Below the pieces are notes generated by a model. The model saw only the letters and a list, made by a program, of their open reading frames with translations. It was not told where the DNA came from and made no database searches. This document shows positions 57,565 to 64,000 of a stretch of 64,000 bases of DNA, in pieces (within the stretch, counting starts at the first letter, position 1; every line of letters begins with the position of its first letter). A program made the translations under genes and the position numbers. This DNA is from Podarcis erhardii (Eukaryota). The DNA is taken from the NCBI GenBank assembly GCA_964252035.1, contig OZ176203.1; one strand, 5' to 3'.

Positions 57565-60508
57565 CCCTCCCGGTTTCTCACATGCACAGACACAGCAGTG
57601 AGCTACCATTCATCCTCGGCAGCAATGCGTCGCTCATTCAGTAACTTGTCATCAATGTAGTCATTTCCTTCCAAGGACATATAGACACACTACTGACTCC
57701 AACATATTTCAATGGTTTCCTGGGAAGCTGAACTGGTTTGGGAAGTGTGTGTTTGGGGGTGTCTTTTAAGAGAAAGCCCTCAGCACTATTCCCAAACTGC
57801 AATTCCCAGACTTCTTTAAGAGGAGCAACACATGCAGACAATATGAATCTGTAGTGTCAATATCGTCTGGGAGAGTTTCCACGTCAAAACAGCCTGCAAT
57901 TCCAAGCGCAGAAGGTTACGTCTCTTCAAAGCAACAAAAAAAAATTTCAGCAGCCAAGGGGTGTGTGTGTCGCAGGACAATCACACAACATCACAGCCGT
58001 TAAGAGAGAGAAGGATCAAGTAATTTTTTTAAAATTAAAATAAACCCAACAAAATAACCACATCCAAACTTTAGTTCCTCTACCCCCTCTTTTACTTTCC
58101 AAAATTGCTCTCATGAAAGAAACCACTGCAGAAGTCTTCAATGTACAAGCTTATTCTATATTGCTTTCTACAGCCTACTGGAATGAAGGTCCATCTCATT
58201 CATTTCCAATGTGTATAAAAGCAGGTAAAAATAAATATTAAGGGGGACACAAAATCTGACATCAATCTCAATTCAGCAGAAGTTAGTCACAACTGAGTCT
58301 TGTAAAAATCAAAAGAGAGGAAAAGACTGGGGCTTAAATCGCTTTATAGACTACCCAAAAGGCTTGAGGGCAAGTTAAGGTTCCTTCCCTGGATCCCAGA
58401 TACTGGCAGTGGGACACAAAGGGGTGGTCTCCAAGCCCTGCTGGGCCTAAGCAGTGTTGATTTCAAGGGGACTCAGTTGAGACTAGCTTTTCCTGAAGCA
58501 AGCCAGTCACGTGAAAGTCTCTATCATGTCTTGTCTTTCTGGCTTCTCTTTAGGCACTTCACTGGATCATGAATGCAGGAAGGTAAAGCTCTAAAAACCA
58601 AGACATTTGTGCCCTGAAGGGAAAACGTAATCAGTGTAGTCAAGCAATGCAAGGACAGACTCTCTTGGCTGCTCACTTCTCTTTCCCAACAATGACATCT
58701 GCCCGTGGGCACAAGCCAATCGGCCCACCACTGCTCTGGCACCTCCTCCGTTCATTACTATGGAGCTTGCATGGGGTCTCCCCCGCTAGAAGGAAGGTGT
58801 AGAAGGGCTTGGGGACATCTGATTAAACCAACGCTTTGGTGCTCGAGTAGGAGCCGATTGTTCGCAGCAAACACTACCAAAGTCTGGGAAGGAGAAGCCA
58901 TTTTTCACTGCGGCCATGTTGAGCGGGACATTTCAGCAGCGACTTGGTTAAGGAAAGGCTCGCTCTTCTGCTCAATATTGCACTTCCTTTGTTCACTCAT
59001 GTCAACGTAGAGAAACATGATTCTTAGCTTGAAAATATTGCAGAGCGTTCTGAAAAATATTTGATGGGAATCGATTTCCCCAAAGCTTAAGCTGAACACT
59101 GATATAATTACCCTTGAATTAAGAAGTGGGGTGGGGGGATGACAGTGGAGCAAAACGAGACTGCAACTCGGGGGCAAAGCACATTCTTTGTTTGTAGAAG
59201 GGTCCCAGGTGCAGTCTCCAACACTTTAAGTTAAAGGTTAGGGACGATCTTGACCCAAGACCTCAAGGAATCACTGCTGGTCAGAACAGACAAGTCTGAC
59301 TCAGTAAAAGACAGTGTCGTACAAGCAAAGCTTTCAGGGGAGGGGGAAATCTAGCTAAGCGACTAATACATGCTCTGCATGCAAAAGGTCCTGGGCTCAA
59401 TCCCTGCCATCTCCAGTTAAAACCATCTCAGGTAAGAGGGCTGGGAAAGACTTCTCCCCACAACTTTGGAGGACCAGGACAGACAGACCAGTGGCCTGAT
59501 TCAGCACAAGGCAGCTCTTTACAGTTTTAAGAGAATGTGCTCTTGCAGATTGCTTTTTGGTTTCATTGATCAGACAGCATGTGCGCGTGCGTGTGCTGGA
59601 TTTGCACGCATCACATTACCACCAGATCAATGAACCAGTTAAGGACGAACCTGGATTTCAAAACTTTTTTTAAAAAAACTCTTAAAGTCAAACTTCTACA
59701 AGTTCAGATATCCCAAGTTAAACTGGCTTGCTGGCTGGGCAGTAAGTACCATTCAAGCATCATTCGGGTCAGCAGAAAGAGCAATTGTAGGCAACACAGA
59801 AGAATGCAATCCCTGAACTGATTATGTACAGTTGAAATGGATATGGTAGAAAACCCTCTTCGTTCAGAAAAAAAAAGCATTTGAATGCTGTGTCTCAGTA
59901 GCACGCTGCAGGATTCGCAGCAGTTTTTTTCACATTAAAAAAAAAAGGCAGACAATAGTTGCATCAGCTTTCACACAGCCTCCAAACTACTGCCAAAGTA
60001 CTAAAATTCTAAGAAAACTCTAAGAATAAGCCAGTTGAGCACTTCAGTTTAAACACAGCACATACTGGATTCAGGAAAGCTGCATTAATATTCTAGAAAG
60101 AACTAAAAGGAGAAAATAAAATAAAATCCTTCGCTCTGGATTCCATTTGCAGGAAAAAGTGGGTAGGAACAGAATCTCAGAAGATGCACCAACAAGTGTT
60201 TTTCTTCCGAGTGTGAGAAGAAATAGCAAAAGAATCAAATATAACAAACCGTTTTAGGGTTTGTGACCAATACTCCAACTGGAAACAACTTAAGAAGTAG
60301 TGTTCCTCAGTGCTATTTTTGCTATCGTTAGTAATGTTAAGCATCAAGAAAACAGGGGGGGAAATATATAGATCATTGCACGTTAACCACCGCTAGGAAG
60401 GCGGCTTCAGCTTTTGACACTAGAGAATCCAATAACCTGATGCTACACCACAGGCAGGTGTTTCTGCACATCTGTTTGGAAGCTTTCTTCACACGCTTGC
60501 AACGGCGT

Positions 60509-60595
60509 TCAGGTCAAGTGGCGCGTAATGGCACGGAGGGCGTAAAGGAGTTCCGCCTGCATGCGCGCTTCCATCAGGAGAAGGTTCACGTGGAC
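60509..60595 (-). CDS. SESN3: SESN3 terminal coding exon ([28 protein letters not shown])
   Basis: cctgcag acceptor, TGA at 60511-60509; the RHLT terminus is typical of sestrin-3. Confidence 0.95.
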   Translation of the reverse strand, partial: VHVNLLLMEARMQAELLYALRAITRHLT

Positions 60596-61085
60596 CTGCA
60601 GGAAAGATTCAAACAAAAGATGATGATGGCATCTTTCAAAAATACATAAATGCCGTAGTTCACCATGAAGTCGACCGAAGGGCATTTATACTTCTTTCAG
60701 CTTTATCGTTCCCAAGTTGAGATTGTGATAAATGGGTTTACCACTCATCAGACTGCAGCATCCAGCAGTGACTTGCACATGTGAACAAGCCATCGCAGAG
60801 ACAATCTTTTGTACTACTTTGTCATGCCGGTGTGTGTGGGTGTGTGGGAGTGTGGGTGTGTGAGTATTCAACAGAATCCAATGTGTTCATTTTCCCAGGG
60901 TGTTTCATAGTAGTGTGATGTGGCAACCCGAAAGTTTCGCTCTTGGTGGCTGTGCAGTGCAGAACTTCACATTAATGCAATATGAACTTTGGATTAATGG
61001 CTATGGAAGCTTCCCTTCTTAACAATGCCATTTCCCCTGTTTACACATAGACACTGGTTCATGCATCTATCAATGAGACACTCAC

Positions 61086-61230
61086 CTTCTCCGAGTGCTT
61101 GAACTGGCGCCAGTAGCTATCGTACATGCGCTTGGTAGTTCGCTCTGGGTAGCAGGTCACTGTCTTAATGTAAACCTTCAGGCTCCGTTCAAGTAACTGA
61201 TTAACTTCTCCATAATCGTAGTCATCATAC
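61086..61230 (-). CDS. SESN3: SESN3 exon ([48 protein letters not shown])
   Basis: cttag acceptor, AAG|GTGAG donor, 145 nt. Confidence 0.96.
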
Positions 61231-62171
61231 CTAAGCAAGATTAAGCCGGCCTGAATCTCTCTTTTCTGAGCATGCACATCTTTAAAGAGAACACCTTTCT
61301 TCTGCACAATTGTTTTTAAAAAGCATATGCTGGGGTAAATCTGCCTGAAGGTAAGATGATACGTCTCCTAAAGTCAGGCTGGTATTGTTCAACTAGATTT
61401 GCAGAAGGAAGGGGGGCAAGACAGGTGGCTGACCTGTACAGCTCTTCCAGTAGTCAGCAGAACCCACATTTGGAACTGCACAGAAGCCACAAAGAATAAT
61501 GTGCTAAATTGATTTGAATATAATTTACACCCTTGTAGATTCTTGGGGCCCAATTCACACTGTACATTTGACGGGCTTCAGATGATGACAACCATGACTC
61601 CCATCCTGAACACACACACACATTTCTATGGTGGAAATGGATTGCACAGCCCTTTGGCTTCCTGGAAGTCATTTTGAACAGCTAAGGGAAACCCAGAGGA
61701 TTACTGTTCAATTAATTTCCAAATAACTGGCTAACAGATTTTTAGATGCACCCTAGAGAAATCACTCGAGGGTCTTTGATTCCAGAACACATGTTGCACG
61801 AGTGTGTCTAAATTCACTGTTGTGCTTGGTTTAAGAATACTTAGTCCACCCCAACCTCACCCATATTGTCCCCATATTTATGCTGATAAATACTGTAAAC
61901 ACCTTACAGGATGGAGGGAAGACAAATGATTTTACCCTTTTATCCACTCTTTCTCCCTTCCACTTGAAACATGCTACTGTGAATGCTTAGGCTTGCGCTA
62001 AGCAAAATGCAACCACTGGTCCAATCCTAGCCCCCAACTTCATTCCTGAAACCAAGGACATGCAAGCCTCTTTAATATAAGCCGTAGCTGCATTCTGAAC
62101 CTGAAGCAGCGCCCCAATTACAGAATATCTCCAGAAGTGCACTTATTTAGCCAGATCAGTTGGTGACATAC

Positions 62172-62362
62172 CTGATTCCAAACATACAGTGAACATAATT
62201 AAATAAAGCTCTTCTTAACATGGTTGTGTCAACATCTTCATGCGTGGCCATAGTGTTGTACGTGAGGCTATAGACCATTCGGAACTTCTCATCCAGGAGA
62301 TGTCCAATGTCGGAATAAAGCCTGTTCACAAGGGAGAATCCATGGTTTTCCCAGGTATAGTC
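62172..62362 (-). CDS. SESN3: SESN3 exon ([27 protein letters not shown]...YVHCMFGIR)
   Basis: ttttgcag acceptor, AG|GTATGT donor, 191 nt. Confidence 0.96.
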
Positions 62363-63475
62363 CTGCAAAAAAGCACGAAGACTACCGATTTGTACATGGC
62401 ATGTTTGAGCAGTACAGCAGAATGGTTTTGAAGACACACGATGTCGTTCTACTGCTGAAGCAAAACAGTGGAGGTCACAATTTGTTGTGTGCCCTTATGT
62501 GAAATGCATTGGGCAAGGGGGTCCCAGTTTAGTCTGATTATGCACTTGTATCCAAATGCATACTTCTCATCGAAAGTGAAGCATCATCAAGAGAAGAAAT
62601 TGAATTAAGTAGGAACCGTGTATCCTCAAAATGTATATAAACTGTAAGTGCAAATTTATACGTAATAATAATTGACACAATGAAGTTATATTAGAATATG
62701 AAAACCAATTTATTGTTGTTATTTTAAAAAAAATCAATAATTTTTCAATTCAAATGCAAAACCTTCTCTTTCTTGCTCTGAGATGAGCAAACCTGTCGTG
62801 ATTTTGGGAATACCCAAATGATATACTTGCTTATTCTCTGCTGAAAGAACAGCGAGTCATGAAAGCCTGTCTTGAATCAACTTGGTTGCACTGACCATTA
62901 CGTGGAAGTTTTTAGCAGCTTAATTTTGGAAAATGACTTTTCAGCTATGGTAACTGTGACAGGAATATTAAGAGTGAACATTAAACCCACATAGATGATA
63001 GGGGTGTGCACTGGCTTTGTTTGTACCTTGAATTACAAAGCAAATCAGGGTAATTTGGGGAAAGGCTCTTATGTTTTTCCAAGTCAGATTGCATCGTTAA
63101 CAAGGCATCGCAAGACAGCCAGGGACTTCTGAAGCTTCCAAGGTGATATGTATTTAACTGAACTCAATCAGATCATGGGTGGCCCCAAACTGGGTGGATT
63201 ATCTGCCTGATTTGGGATGAATTCTCCACTCCCTCAGCAGCCCCCCATTCCACAATGTTCAGGGAATGCCCCCCCCACCCCTGAGGCTTTTGGGGGGACA
63301 TGTATGGCTACAGGTGGGAAGAAGTCCCACAAACCTCCTTAAATTCACTTCTCTCTGGATCCGAGCCACTGCATAGTGAGTGTGCTATCTGGAAACTTTG
63401 CATTCTGACCTCATGCAATCAACCAGCTGGTTTTTCAGAGGGTTACAAATGTAAGCTACACCATGTTAAACGCAC

Positions 63476-63594
63476 CTGGGCTCGAAAAGTTGGAAGATGC
63501 TCCTCACCCCTCCTGGCAAAGTCTTTGTACCCAAAGCCAGGATCTTCAACGTAGCGCGAAACGTCGGCTGTGGAAACTATTTCATCATCAAATG
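63476..63594 (-). CDS. SESN3: SESN3 exon ([39 protein letters not shown]); upstream exons lie beyond the window
   Basis: cctttgccag acceptor, CAG|GTGCG donor, 119 nt. Confidence 0.95.
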
Positions 63595-64000
63595 CTGGCA
63601 AAGGAAAAAAATATTGAAGCCAGTTAAGTGTACTCTTCTCATTCCTCCTCCAAGGTGTAAACCACTTAGAAGCTTCTTTTGTCAATTAAGCAGTATATAA
63701 ATCTTGTCGATTAAAAATAAACAATAAGGTACTTAATGGGAAGTATTCTCTGGAGTGGCATTCCATTTTATTCTTCCTGGCACTACTTCTACATACGGAA
63801 GTAAAGCAATGGCTCTGATTTGGGTTAGCCGCTTGACCTTTTAAAGGTCAGTGCCAGACAAAACAACAACAACAGAGACCACTCAAGATTTGTTCCCCAC
63901 TGAATACACATAATAGAGGCTGAGGGCTGAATCCAATGCTAGTCCTACTCACTCGTTGAAATTAATATGACTAACTTATATGGATTAATTTCAATGGGTC

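Larger units (their letters stand above)
51050..60508 (-). other. SESN3: Putative long SESN3 3' UTR with candidate AATAAA signals at 52668-52673, 51256-51261 and 51071-51076
   Basis: Low transposon density relative to the rest of the window, AT-rich UTR-like composition, clustered AATAAA at the distal end; the end point is inferred. Confidence 0.55.

Overview
Vertebrate (squamate, probably lacertid lizard) genomic DNA, inferred from Sauria SINE, BovB/RTE, CR1 and L2 content. The gene order matches the amniote CWC15 - ENDOD1 - SESN3 block (human 11q21, from recall). CWC15 is complete on the minus strand (6 coding exons, 230 aa). ENDOD1 is complete on the plus strand (2 exons, 481 aa). The last four coding exons of SESN3 lie on the minus strand, followed by an apparent 9 kb 3' UTR. 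The mammalian KDM4D/E retrogenes are not visible between CWC15 and ENDOD1, yet the plus-facing half of the CWC15 CpG island is dense with promoter motifs. The best leads are: (1) a perfect 219-bp-arm inverted repeat in a (TA)n tract whose arms each carry a Penelope-type hammerhead ribozyme core and a TATA box; (2) a pogo/Tigger element whose ORF keeps the DNA-binding domain but has lost the DDE domain in frame, while retaining splice, Kozak and polyA signals; (3) ENDOD1 as a probable pseudo-nuclease (RGQ for RGH) with a long 11-residue-periodic amphipathic tail; (4) short hairpin MITEs scattering ZNF143/THAP11-type motifs across the locus. Family and gene assignments come from recalled sequence knowledge; no database search was run.
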